This document shows positions 8,385 to 18,001 of a DNA stretch of 64,000 nt, one piece after another. Each line of letters begins with the position of its first letter. Positions within the stretch are counted from its first letter, which is position 1. Both the position numbers and the translations under genes were made by a program. This DNA is from a bacterium (GTDB lineage: Bacteria > UBA8248), in contig OZ253442.1 in NCBI GenBank assembly GCA_965261085.1, positions 3,808,001-3,872,000 on the forward strand, written 5' to 3'. A model generated the notes under the pieces. The model did no database searches. It was given only the letters and a program-made list of their open reading frames with translations, and had not been told where the DNA came from.

Positions 8385-9701
8385 TCAGCCGTAGAGCGCC
8401 GTTTGAAGCTGCTCTCGCATTTTCTCGGGCGCCATTCCAAAGGCGCGAAGCGTGTCGCCCGCTTCCTGAATGACCCGATCGATATCCTCATAGATTTTGT
8501 ACGACTTCGTATAGTCGGGATACTCAAAACCCATGGCCTGGCCGAGAATCGTCATGAAATTCTCGATTTCAAAGGACTCACTCTTTTCCAGATCACATAG
8601 TTCACGATGACAACTATGATAAACGGTGAGCAGCGAATCCACCCGAGCGCGGCGCGCCGAGTCTAAAAGTTTCTCGCGCATCGCCGCTTTCGCCTCTGGA
8701 ATCTGGAGCGTGGGGCATTGATAGCCATGATCCGAGAGTTGTTCAATCTCCACGAACTCGAGACCGGGGACGGCTCTGAGGATTTTCATGACATTTTCCT
8801 CTACGCCATCGCTCCCCCCATGCAGGTGCACGGCGACGCGCTTTTCCACCTTTTGCGTAAATTCTCCTCGCAAGGTTTCCAGATTATCCACCAGATATTG
8901 TGTGATGTGGACGAAAGGCAAAATTTCTTTCTCTTTCGATTCTAAATCACCCGCCATGGGGAGTACCGGCTTCCCGGTGTATAAGTGCTGATATTCTGAG
9001 TATTGCATCTGGCAAGTAGGGCAGAAAGTAATGACTCTTTCCGGCGCATATGATTTGAAATAATCAAGGGATCGCGCGCCCATCGCCGCTCCTGCTTCCA
9101 GATCTCCACGCCTGATGTGGTTGATCCCGCAACAATGGCCCACGCCGCCGGCCACCTCATAGTCCAACCCCAGCCGGTCGAAAACATCTATGCACGAGAG
9201 CAGGATATGGGGCGTCTGGAGGATGTTGCACCCAAAATAAAACACCGCATCCACTTTGTTTTTCTCGGCCCCCCGCACGGCAGTGAGGTTTCTGAAATGT
9301 TCAGGTTCCAATTGCAAGGCGGCCATGAAGCGGATCTTTCGGCTCATATCCTGAAAATAAGACTGGCCGGCCTCTTGAATTTCCGCTTCCCCAGATTCGA
9401 TATTCTGGAGCTTGAGCTTGGCGTAGGAGAGCATTTCACGAGGATTGACGTCCTCCGGGCAGGCCTCGATGCAAATTCCGCTTTTTTGACAAGCCTTGGC
9501 CCAAAGCGCTCCCTCTCGTTCATGGGGGAGATCGTTGATGATGTCGACAACGGATTTCGTCACCCGTTCGGGCACCGCGCCTTTGGCTTCTGAATACTTG
9601 ACCATCGGGCAGACTTCATAACACTTTCCGCAATGCGTACAGGCTTCGGTGATACGGGCGATTCGCTCTTCCATAAAACTCTGATAAGCAGTAGCTTCCA
9701 T
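8385..9701 (-). CDS. Fe-S oxidoreductase, GlpC/HdrD-like (ferredoxin motifs + CCG domains)
   Basis: CTHCGKCYEVCP, CQKSGICIEACP, YFGC, HCCG, FCPTC, YHSC. Confidence 0.85.
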   Translation of the reverse strand: MEATAYQSFMEERIARITEACTHCGKCYEVCPMVKYSEAKGAVPERVTKSVVDIINDLPHEREGALWAKACQKSGICIEACPEDVNPREMLSYAKLKLQNIESGEAEIQEAGQSYFQDMSRKIRFMAALQLEPEHFRNLTAVRGAEKNKVDAVFYFGCNILQTPHILLSCIDVFDRLGLDYEVAGGVGHCCGINHIRRGDLEAGAAMGARSLDYFKSYAPERVITFCPTCQMQYSEYQHLYTGKPVLPMAGDLESKEKEILPFVHITQYLVDNLETLRGEFTQKVEKRVAVHLHGGSDGVEENVMKILRAVPGLEFVEIEQLSDHGYQCPTLQIPEAKAAMREKLLDSARRARVDSLLTVYHSCHRELCDLEKSESFEIENFMTILGQAMGFEYPDYTKSYKIYEDIDRVIQEAGDTLRAFGMAPEKMREQLQTALYG

Positions 9702-9979
9702 GGTTCTCCTTCATGAAGGTGAGGAGAAAATTCTATGAGAGGTGGCCGAGGCGGTCAAGCAGGCAAAATAATGTATCGATGCGGATTTCTCAGCCGAGGC
9801 GCTGATGCAAGTTGGTTTCCTATCTCAAGAGTTTTGACCAGATCCTCCCAATATGTTAATTAAGAGCCAGTTTTCCTGACTTCTTGAGTGACGGAAAACC
9901 CTCATGGAAATGGTCTCATCCCCGCATCCGCACAAACATGATTCGTTTTGAACGGAAGGTTTCGAGGAGGTTTTGAGAA

Positions 9980-11491
9980 ATGTCGAATGCTACAGAGAAA
10001 TACGATGTCGTCGTCGTGGGTTGCGGCAACGCCGCACTTTGCGCATCGCTTGCGGCGCGAGACCAGGGGGCGAAGGTCCTGGTGCTAGAAAAAGCGCCCG
10101 AACCATGGCGTGGCGGTAATTCGGCTTTTTCGGGAGGACTTTTCCGCTTCGCCTTTAACAGCATCGAAGACATCTACTCCCTCGTTCCCGATCTTTCCGA
10201 CGCCGAGAAAGAAAACATCGAGATTGACCCCTACACATCGGAAAAATTCTTTGACGATCTTGCCCTATTAACCGAATATCAGACCGACGGCGATCTCGCC
10301 TCCGTCCTCATCCACGAGTCGTTCCCGACCCTGAAATGGATGCAGTCAAAGGGCTTGCGGCTCATCCTCGCAAGCGGTCGGCAGGCATTCAAAGTGGACG
10401 GCAAGATGCGCTTCTGGGGCGGTCTGGTTCTCGAAATCGTTGGTGGTGGACGCGGCCTCATCGATTCACTCCTCGATGCCGCAAATAATGCCGGAGTTGA
10501 GATTCGCTACACATCAAAGGCAATGCGTCTGATCACGGACCCGATGGGCGGCGTGACAGGCGTCGAAGTAAAAGGTCCCGATGGGCCTTATGAAGTCGAA
10601 GCCCACGGGGTGGTTCTGGCATCTGGTGGTTTCGAGGCGAACGCAGAGATGCGCTGCCGGTACCTGGGCCCGGGCTGGGAACTCGCGAAAGTCCGCGGCA
10701 CTCCTTACAACACGGGTGACGGCATCAAGATGGCGCTCGATATCGGCGCCCAACCCTATGGCAACTGGAGCGGCTGTCACGCCGTCGCGTGGGACTTGAA
10801 CGCCCCGCCCTTCGGCGACCTCACGGTAGGAGAGTCCTACCAAAAACACTCCTATCCCTTCGGCATCATCGTGAACATCGAGGGCAACCGTTTTGTGGAT
10901 GAGGGAGCCGATTTCAGAAACTACACCTATGCTAAATATGGTCGGGACATTCTCCAACAACCCCAACGGACCGCTTTTCAGATTTTCGATCAGAAAACGG
11001 TTCACATGCTGCGTGATGAATACCGCATTCGCGAAGTCACCAAGGCCGAGGCCAACACGCTCGAAGAACTTGCCAGACAACTCGAGATCGACGTCGATGC
11101 GTTCGTCAAAACCGTTCAGGAGTATAACGCCGCTATTCAGCCGGGCGAATTCAATCCGACCATCAAAGACGGCAAATGCACAAAAGGGATCGAACCACCA
11201 AAATCGAACTGGGCGCTTCCCATCGATGAACCGCCCTACCTCGGCTTTGCCGTCACCACGGGGATCACATTCACCTTCGGCGGCATCCGCGTAACACCGA
11301 AGGCGGAAGTCATAAACACCGAAAACGAGATTATCCCCGGACTGTTCGCTGCAGGAGAACTCGTGGGCGGCGTCTACTATTTCAACTACCCGGGAGGGTC
11401 GGGACTGACATTAGGCTCCGTCTACGGTCGACTGGCAGGCGCCGCAGCGGGACAGCGCGCCTCCAAGACGAATGCGACGGCTTCTGTGTAA
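9980..11491 (+). CDS. tcuA: FAD-dependent tricarballylate dehydrogenase TcuA-like flavoprotein
   Basis: VVVGCGNAALCA, RGGNS, VRGTPYNTGDG, CHAVAWD, RFVDEG..NYTYAKYG, GITFTFGG, NYPGGSGL. Confidence 0.82.
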   Translation: MSNATEKYDVVVVGCGNAALCASLAARDQGAKVLVLEKAPEPWRGGNSAFSGGLFRFAFNSIEDIYSLVPDLSDAEKENIEIDPYTSEKFFDDLALLTEYQTDGDLASVLIHESFPTLKWMQSKGLRLILASGRQAFKVDGKMRFWGGLVLEIVGGGRGLIDSLLDAANNAGVEIRYTSKAMRLITDPMGGVTGVEVKGPDGPYEVEAHGVVLASGGFEANAEMRCRYLGPGWELAKVRGTPYNTGDGIKMALDIGAQPYGNWSGCHAVAWDLNAPPFGDLTVGESYQKHSYPFGIIVNIEGNRFVDEGADFRNYTYAKYGRDILQQPQRTAFQIFDQKTVHMLRDEYRIREVTKAEANTLEELARQLEIDVDAFVKTVQEYNAAIQPGEFNPTIKDGKCTKGIEPPKSNWALPIDEPPYLGFAVTTGITFTFGGIRVTPKAEVINTENEIIPGLFAAGELVGGVYYFNYPGGSGLTLGSVYGRLAGAAAGQRASKTNATASV

Positions 11492-11569
11492 ATCCCCGTT
11501 ATCGACATACAGGGAAGACAACACCCACAGCGGCGACAAACTTTTTCCAAACTCATGAACCCATGTGTC

Positions 11570-12148
11570 TCATTGCGTAATACCGCTCAACGAAATCGAC
11601 TCGCCATTCAAGCTCACGATGCTTTTCAGCGGAACGGCGGCCGTCACCATTTGTTCGGCAAAGCATCCTTGTTTCGCATTCTTGATGACCGCCAATACCT
11701 TTTCCGCCGTTTCATCAGATTCCACTTCAAAATGCGTACGGACCTCGGTACAGCCGGAATTAACCGTGCTCTTGAGAACGGAACCCCTTAAAAAATAATC
11801 GAAATCCACGTGCACCTTGGCGTGTGTGAAGGACACTTTCATCATATGCGCGTACCGCGCAAGCTGGGTGAGAAGTCAGAATCCCACCCCCATGGCAATG
11901 TAGCAAAGGGGCTGGGGGTAGGAATCCTCTCCACCGATTCGGGGCGGCTCATCGCAATACACCTCGAAATGTCTGTGCGTCCCCAGTTTGAGTTGGCCTT
12001 TTCCCTCTATCGTTTCGGTATCGGCGGACATGGTGAAAGCATAGCCTTGCGTGGGGAGTTCGGGCTTATCTATCGCACGCTCACCGGGAGTGGCGCTGTC
12101 TTTACGCGGATCGAGAGGTTCCACTTGTTTTGTCTCCTTTGGTGTCAT
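11570..12148 (-). CDS. OsmC-like peroxiredoxin-fold protein with in-frame TGA (probable selenocysteine)
   Basis: ORFs 11876-12148 and 11570-11845 are in the same frame: ...DEPPRIGGEDSYPQPLCYIAMGVGF-TGA-LLTQLARYAHMM...QGCFAEQ. The TGA lies at the OsmC catalytic Cys position and a hairpin follows. Confidence 0.82.
11847..11861 (-). promoter_or_regulatory. Bacterial SECIS-like stem-loop
   Basis: UGCGCG-GUA-CGCGCA starting 14 nt after the UGA (11876-11878), with G/GU at the apex. Confidence 0.65.
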
Positions 12149-12242
12149 AAGAATGGCAGAAGAAAAACGCTATTATGCACGCAAGGGCGGTGTAAGAGAA
12201 CCGCTGGGGCACTCGTTTTCTTGCATATAAAGGAGTTGTTTT

Positions 12243-13202
12243 GTGAACCGAATCGTCGTGCCAGATGACTATCCTTCAGTTTTCATAGGCAGCGCCGCCG
12301 AAGCCCGACTGCGGGAAATCGGAGACGTAGAAATCCATACCTCAAACCCGCAGACACCCGAAGAATTACTCAACCGCGTTTCTGGGGTGGATGGAATCAT
12401 CAATATCAGAGCCTTTTGCAAGTTCGACGCGGATTTTTTCTCTAATTGCAGCGCTCTCAAAATACTTTCGATTTGGGGAACAGGCACGGATCATGTCGAT
12501 TTGAGCGCGGCAAAAAACGCAAACGTCATCGTCTCGAATACGCCGGGCGTGGCCGCCGTTTCCGTGGCGGAACACACCCTGGCCCTCATGATGGCGGCGG
12601 CGCGTCAAATACCCGGAAATGATTCCTCCATGCGGGCGGGCGAGTGGCCGCGTGGCCAGATGACGCAATTAAACGGAAAAACGCTCGGCCTCATCGGCCT
12701 GGGCGCCATCGGCCAGCAGACTGCCCGCATCGCCGCCGGTATCGGGATGAAGCTCATCGCCTGGACGTTTCATCCAGACGATGATTTCGCTGCAAAAGTA
12801 GGGCTGGAGTTCGTCGATTTGAACACTTTGTATGAACGGGCCGACGTTGTCTCGCTACACGTGCGGCAATCGGCGGACACCATCGGCATGATCGACGCGG
12901 AGGCGTTCTCCCGCATGGGGCCAAACACCATTTTGGTGAACACCGCCCGTGGACCAATTCTAGAAGAAAAGGCGCTCATATCGGCTTTGACGAATGGGAC
13001 TCTGGCCGCGGCGGGTCTCGACGTATTTGACCAGGAACCTCTGCCACCTAATCATCCATTGGGGAAATTAGAAAATGTAGTTCTCTCCCCGCATAATGCG
13101 GGCATCACACCCGAGGTGACCGAAGCAGGACTTTTGATGTCGGTGGAAAACGTTGCCGCAGCCCTCTCTGGGAATCCACAAAACATGGTGTATCCATCAT
13201 GA
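12243..13202 (+). CDS. D-isomer-specific 2-hydroxyacid dehydrogenase (SerA-like)
   Basis: GTGTDHVD, GLIGLGAIG, VNTARG, LDVFDQEP, SPHNAG. Confidence 0.9.
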   Translation: MNRIVVPDDYPSVFIGSAAEARLREIGDVEIHTSNPQTPEELLNRVSGVDGIINIRAFCKFDADFFSNCSALKILSIWGTGTDHVDLSAAKNANVIVSNTPGVAAVSVAEHTLALMMAAARQIPGNDSSMRAGEWPRGQMTQLNGKTLGLIGLGAIGQQTARIAAGIGMKLIAWTFHPDDDFAAKVGLEFVDLNTLYERADVVSLHVRQSADTIGMIDAEAFSRMGPNTILVNTARGPILEEKALISALTNGTLAAAGLDVFDQEPLPPNHPLGKLENVVLSPHNAGITPEVTEAGLLMSVENVAAALSGNPQNMVYPS

Positions 13203-13204
13203 TT

Positions 13205-13213
13205 TGCTATAAT
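13205..13213 (+). promoter_or_regulatory. Extended -10 promoter element upstream of the aquaporin gene
   Basis: TGCTATAAT about 110 bp upstream of ATG 13321. Confidence 0.45.
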
Positions 13214-13320
13214 GAGGCATGGAAATAGGCCATTTTCTTTACCTGGAGTCCTCCGTACAGAGTCAATAGCGGCATGAATCTTCCTTCAATTCTTTCGCCC
13301 GAACGAGTAAGGAGAAGAAA

Positions 13321-14001
13321 ATGAGTCCTACAGGAAGGGCCTGCGTAGCGGAAGCCATCGGCACGTTTGCGCTGTGCTTCATCGGCGCGGGCGCTATCAT
13401 CTTGAATCAGAAAACGGGTGGAGCTGTAGGTTTAATCGGCATTGCCCTCGCCCACGGTTTGATCCTCTCGGTCATGATTTCCGCGATGGGACACGTATCG
13501 GGTGGCCACTTCAATCCAGCCGTAACCATCGGTTTTATGGTGACTAAAAAGACCGACGGCGGCACAGGCATTTCCTACATTATCAGCCAACTCGTGGGTG
13601 GAACCGTGGCCGGCATCCTGCTGAGAATTATCTTTGCCGCCGACGTCTGGCAAAAAGTGAATCTGGGAACCCCGACCCTGGCGAGTGACGTGAGTTTCGG
13701 CATGGGAATTCTGATCGAAATCATCCTCACGTTCTTCCTCGTCACCGCTATATGGGGCTCCGCGGTGGACAACAGGCACCCCGACGTGGGTGGTTTCGCG
13801 ATTGGCCTCACCATCGCCGCAGACATTTTGATGGGAGGCCCACTCACGGGAGCATCCATGAATCCGGCGCGCACATTCGGCCCCGCATTGGCCGGAGGCG
13901 GTTTCGATGGCATCAACCACTTGGTCTATTGGATAGGCCCCATCATCGGCGGTGTGGCGGCGGCCCTGGTCTACAACAACATACTGATCAAAAAAGAATA
14001 A
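13321..14001 (+). CDS. Aquaporin / MIP family channel
   Basis: SGGHFNPAVT and GASMNPART NPA motifs, six hydrophobic helices, AAGGAG RBS. Confidence 0.95.
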   Translation: MSPTGRACVAEAIGTFALCFIGAGAIILNQKTGGAVGLIGIALAHGLILSVMISAMGHVSGGHFNPAVTIGFMVTKKTDGGTGISYIISQLVGGTVAGILLRIIFAADVWQKVNLGTPTLASDVSFGMGILIEIILTFFLVTAIWGSAVDNRHPDVGGFAIGLTIAADILMGGPLTGASMNPARTFGPALAGGGFDGINHLVYWIGPIIGGVAAALVYNNILIKKE

Positions 14002-14008
14002 GGCGAAA

Positions 14009-14045
14009 AAATAGCCCCGGCACGTATCGACTGCCGGGGCTATTT
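14009..14045. terminator. Bidirectional intrinsic terminator between convergent genes
   Basis: AAATAGCCCCGGCA...TGCCGGGGCTATTT. Confidence 0.8.
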
Positions 14046-14056
14046 CGTGTGGTTTC

Positions 14057-15019
14057 CTACGCGTTTTCTTCGACGATATTGGTGGGCGCACCCTTCAGAA
14101 ACGCTTCGATGTTCGCTACCGGTACGTCGCGGAACCTCGCATACGTGCCATCGGTAATCCAAGCCGAATGCGGCGTGATGATGACATTATCCAAAGAACG
14201 ATAGATTGAATCTTTCGGCAACGGCTCGAAAGGCTCAAAAACGTCGAGGCCGGCGCCTGCGATGCGCCGGTTTCTCAAGGCGTCCAGCAGCGCATCCTCA
14301 TCCACAATTTGAGCGCGTGCCGTGTTGATGAAATAAGCCGTTTCCTTCATCCGGGCGAATTTCTCTCTCGTCATGAAAGGCGCGGCGCCCGCCGACAAAT
14401 GAAGATGGAGCGACACAACGTCAGATGCGAGACATTCCTCGACAGAAGCCGCTTCCGCCCCCTCGGCTTGCGCGCGCTCGGGCGTCATGGAAGGAGAGCA
14501 GGTGACGACCCTCATCCCGAAGCCCAAGGCCATGCGGCAAACCAGGTGGGCAATATGACCGAAACCAATGAGGCCCAGCGTCTTCCCGGCAAGCTCGACC
14601 CCTTGATCCTGGGGCCAGCCGCCCTCTTTCATGGCGGGGAACATGAGCGGCATTCTTTTCGCCAACGCCAGGATCAACATCATCGTGTGCTCGGCCACCG
14701 ACGAGGCGCTTGCCGCAGGCGTCGTGCTCACCACGATTCCGCGTTCGTTGGCGCGATGCATGTCGATCATGCGTGGGCGCGTGCCCATCACTGAAATCAT
14801 CTTGAGATGAGGAATATGATCCAGCAGATCGGTCGTCTTGAAGTCGGTTTGATACCTGGTCGTCAGGATGATCTCCGCGTCTTTCAGGCGCTCGCGGAGC
14901 AATTCTTCATTTTCGGCGTTCTCGGTGTAATGATTCACATCGCCCAAGGCCCGCAATCGACCCAAGGCTTCGGAACCTTCAAACAAATGAAAACAATCGT
15001 CCGGAATAACGATTTCCAT
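14057..15019 (-). CDS. D-isomer-specific 2-hydroxyacid dehydrogenase
   Basis: GLIGFGHIA, FINTARA, LDVFEP, TPHSAW; start chosen at MEIVIP. Confidence 0.88.
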   Translation of the reverse strand: MEIVIPDDCFHLFEGSEALGRLRALGDVNHYTENAENEELLRERLKDAEIILTTRYQTDFKTTDLLDHIPHLKMISVMGTRPRMIDMHRANERGIVVSTTPAASASSVAEHTMMLILALAKRMPLMFPAMKEGGWPQDQGVELAGKTLGLIGFGHIAHLVCRMALGFGMRVVTCSPSMTPERAQAEGAEAASVEECLASDVVSLHLHLSAGAAPFMTREKFARMKETAYFINTARAQIVDEDALLDALRNRRIAGAGLDVFEPFEPLPKDSIYRSLDNVIITPHSAWITDGTYARFRDVPVANIEAFLKGAPTNIVEENA

Positions 15020-15029
15020 CGATGATGGC

Positions 15030-16109
15030 TTAACTATCACTCACGATAACGACCGCCGATTTATCGATGGTCAACCGCACTTTGCTACCCAAGCCAAAGA
15101 ATTGATGCGGGTCGCCGATGACACGGAGCGGCTCTTCCAGACCCGGCACTTTCACAAGATAGTCCACCGTGCTGCCGAAATAATAGCCGCGCGTTACCTC
15201 GCCATCGAGTACGTTCTGGGCATCCGAGCCGCCCACGTCGGCATTCTCGGGATGCACCTGAATGCGGTGGGGCCGTATGGAGACGAGCTCTCCCGTTTTT
15301 CCGCCGTCGGTATTCATCATGAACTTGGCGCCGTCGCCAGCCTCAAAAAGATCCGGGGCACTTATTTTCCCTCGAATCGAGTTCGTCACGCCAACGAATT
15401 CGGCCACAAATTTCGTCGCCGGAATATCATATATATCCGATGGCTTGCCCACTTGTTCAATCTTTCCGCTGTTCATGACGCAAATTCTATCGCTAGTGAC
15501 CATAGCCTCGGCTTGGTCATGGGTCACATAAATACTCGTGATGTTGAATTCATCGTGCAGGCGTCTGATCTCGAAGCGCATCTCCTCGCGCAGGTTGGCA
15601 TCTAGGTTCGAGAGCGGCTCATCCAGCAACAATACGGCCGGCTCCACCACGAGGGCGCGGGCCAAGGCCACGCGTTGCTGTTGACCACCCGAGAGTTCTC
15701 CCGGATACCGTGCGCCCAGATGATCCATTTGTACGATAGAGAGAAGGCTTTTCACACGCTTATCCGCTTCAGCACCCGTAATACCGCGGAATTTCAATCC
15801 ATAGCTGACATTCTGGGCCACCGTCTTATGAGGCCAAATGGCGTAGCTCTGGAAAATCATGCTCATGTTGCGGCGCTCAGGCGGAATAACGCTACTGCCG
15901 CTCGAAACAACCTCTCCATCCATCACGATATCACCGCCGTCCGGCTCGATGAAACCCGCCACGAGCCGCAGCGTCGTTGTCTTGCCGCAACCCGATGGGC
16001 CCAAAAGAGAAATCAATTCCCCGTGTTCGATGTGCAGATCTATCTCATCCACCGCGCGAACATCCGTGCCAAAGATTTTCAAAAGCCCTCTTAAGTCTAA
16101 AACCGCCAA
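15030..16109 (-). CDS. ABC transporter ATP-binding protein (FbpC/PotA-like)
   Basis: GPSGCGKTT, LSGGQQQ, LLDEPLSNLD, TOBE-like C-terminus. Confidence 0.93.
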   Translation of the reverse strand: MAVLDLRGLLKIFGTDVRAVDEIDLHIEHGELISLLGPSGCGKTTTLRLVAGFIEPDGGDIVMDGEVVSSGSSVIPPERRNMSMIFQSYAIWPHKTVAQNVSYGLKFRGITGAEADKRVKSLLSIVQMDHLGARYPGELSGGQQQRVALARALVVEPAVLLLDEPLSNLDANLREEMRFEIRRLHDEFNITSIYVTHDQAEAMVTSDRICVMNSGKIEQVGKPSDIYDIPATKFVAEFVGVTNSIRGKISAPDLFEAGDGAKFMMNTDGGKTGELVSIRPHRIQVHPENADVGGSDAQNVLDGEVTRGYYFGSTVDYLVKVPGLEEPLRVIGDPHQFFGLGSKVRLTIDKSAVVIVSDS

Positions 16110-16129
16110 CGCAAATCTCCCTTATTATT

Positions 16130-17875
16130 CTATCCGGCGGACCGCATGAAGTCCCTTCCCGCCAAGCGGAAGCCGAGCGCAATCGCCACCAAAGTAATAA
16201 GCAACAACAATATCCCGAGAGCCGATATGGGACCCAACAGCGTTTCTTCATAAAAATCGATGATGACCACCGAGATGACCTTCGTATTCGTGGTCCAAAG
16301 CAGAACCGAGGCGCTCAATTCCCTGAGCGAGGGCATGAACACCAATATCCACGACGCGATGATACCCGTCTTGAACAAGGGTATCGTCACGTCCTTGAAA
16401 ACCTGAAGCCGATTCGCACCCATGATGCGGCAACTCTCCTCGAGTTCAGGATGAATACTCGTGAGGGCCGCGTTAGACGTCTGATACGCCAAAGGCAGGT
16501 ATTTGGTGAGATAAGCCAGGAACATGATCCAGAGCGTTCCATACAGCACAAAGGGCTGTTTCGTATAGGCTGAGAACAGGCCAATCGCCAAGACGATGCC
16601 GGGAATCCCAATGGGCGCGGTCGCCATGAAACCCATGTATTGATGTCCCTTGATGAGCTTGCGCTGTGCGATATAAGCGGAAATCGCGGCCACGATCGTG
16701 GCGCCGGTCGCCGCCATGATGGCCAGGAGAACCGTATTGTAGATCGATACTCTCACCGCATCATTCGTCAAGATGAAATGATAATTCCATAGAGTGAAGT
16801 TCGCCCAATTCAATCCGCCGCCCAGGTTTTTCATGAATGACGTGGTCAACAAAGCCAACGCGGGCAGAACAATCGCGCAAACGAGAGGGAGCAGGGAGAG
16901 TAGAAACACCGGAATCCGCCAAGCCCCCAGTTTTTGGGGCCGCCTCTGCCCTCCCTTGCCGCCGACGGTGGCATAGCCCCGGCGGCCCAGGATCGTGCTT
17001 CGCGTCCAAACCATGCAGATCGCCAAAACGAGCATGGGCATCGCGTAGGCCGAGGCCAAGCCGAGCAAATCGTCTTCCGATACCATGAAAGCGCGAAGCT
17101 GGGTCGTCATCGTGTGCTGACCTGCCGGTATCGCCAATACAGCCGGGATGCCGAAAAGAATCATCGCCTCTAACGCCGCCAGGATGAAACCTGCAAACAG
17201 AGAGGGCGCCACCAGCGGTAAAGTAATATTGAACATGGTGTTGAACGTGCCGCCACCCGCTACATTGGCAGCGTCTTCTACGTCTGAGGAAATATTATTC
17301 AGGCCTGATAAAACGACGATGAAGACGAGAGGGAACGTGTAGAGCGACATGGCGAATACGACGCCCTTCATCGTGAAAATATCGAACAGATAAAACTCAT
17401 CACTCAAGAAAAATATCCCGCGAATCCATTTATTCAGCCACCCTTCGTTCCTTCCCGCCAGGAATATCCAGGCGATGGCGCCCAGGAAAGGAGGCGTCAC
17501 GAAAGAGGCCAAGATGCCGTTTCTGATTAAATTCGGGAAAGGGATATCCGTTCGGCTGACCACCCAAGCCATCACGGCTCCCACCACCAAAGATATGCTG
17601 CCCACGGTGACGGCAAGCATCAACGTGATGTACATCGGCTTGTAGTATTCCGAGGTCTCGAATGCGTCAATATAGTTCTTGAAGGTGAAGCCGCCGGCCT
17701 CATCTTCAGAAACGAAAAAACTTTCCTTGAAAAGCTGGAAGATGGGATTCGCCACCAGGATGATTAGCAGGATAAACAGCACTACCCAGACGATGACGGT
17801 ATAGTCGAATTTTCTGGTGGCTGAGGGTTCGCCTCCCGAGACCATTCCGGGAAGCTGTTGCGCATCTTGCGTCAT
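16130..17875 (-). CDS. ABC transporter permease (FbpB/ThiP-like, fused dimer)
   Basis: About 12 TM helices with two EAA-like loops (EDAANVAG, EESCRIMGA). Confidence 0.9.
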   Translation of the reverse strand: MTQDAQQLPGMVSGGEPSATRKFDYTVIVWVVLFILLIILVANPIFQLFKESFFVSEDEAGGFTFKNYIDAFETSEYYKPMYITLMLAVTVGSISLVVGAVMAWVVSRTDIPFPNLIRNGILASFVTPPFLGAIAWIFLAGRNEGWLNKWIRGIFFLSDEFYLFDIFTMKGVVFAMSLYTFPLVFIVVLSGLNNISSDVEDAANVAGGGTFNTMFNITLPLVAPSLFAGFILAALEAMILFGIPAVLAIPAGQHTMTTQLRAFMVSEDDLLGLASAYAMPMLVLAICMVWTRSTILGRRGYATVGGKGGQRRPQKLGAWRIPVFLLSLLPLVCAIVLPALALLTTSFMKNLGGGLNWANFTLWNYHFILTNDAVRVSIYNTVLLAIMAATGATIVAAISAYIAQRKLIKGHQYMGFMATAPIGIPGIVLAIGLFSAYTKQPFVLYGTLWIMFLAYLTKYLPLAYQTSNAALTSIHPELEESCRIMGANRLQVFKDVTIPLFKTGIIASWILVFMPSLRELSASVLLWTTNTKVISVVIIDFYEETLLGPISALGILLLLITLVAIALGFRLAGRDFMRSAG

Positions 17876-17950
17876 ATCCGCATCTTTCCTTTTCGAAGTT
17901 ACACTTAAGCTGTTTTCGAAAAATTCAGTTGGTCAAAATAAAAATGAAGC

Positions 17951-17988
17951 GGGAGCGATTCCTCGATATTACGCAAGAAATCGCTCCC
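17951..17988 (-). other. Intergenic stem-loop between the binding-protein and permease genes
   Basis: GGGAGCGATT / AATCGCTCCC inverted repeat at a typical mRNA-stabilising position. Confidence 0.55.
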
Positions 17989-18001
17989 ACTCATATTTGA
18001 T

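Noticed and set aside
11570-12148. Two separate small genes or a nonsense-mutated pseudogene
   Set aside because: The stop is TGA at the catalytic Cys position with an adjacent SECIS-like hairpin, so Sec read-through is more parsimonious.
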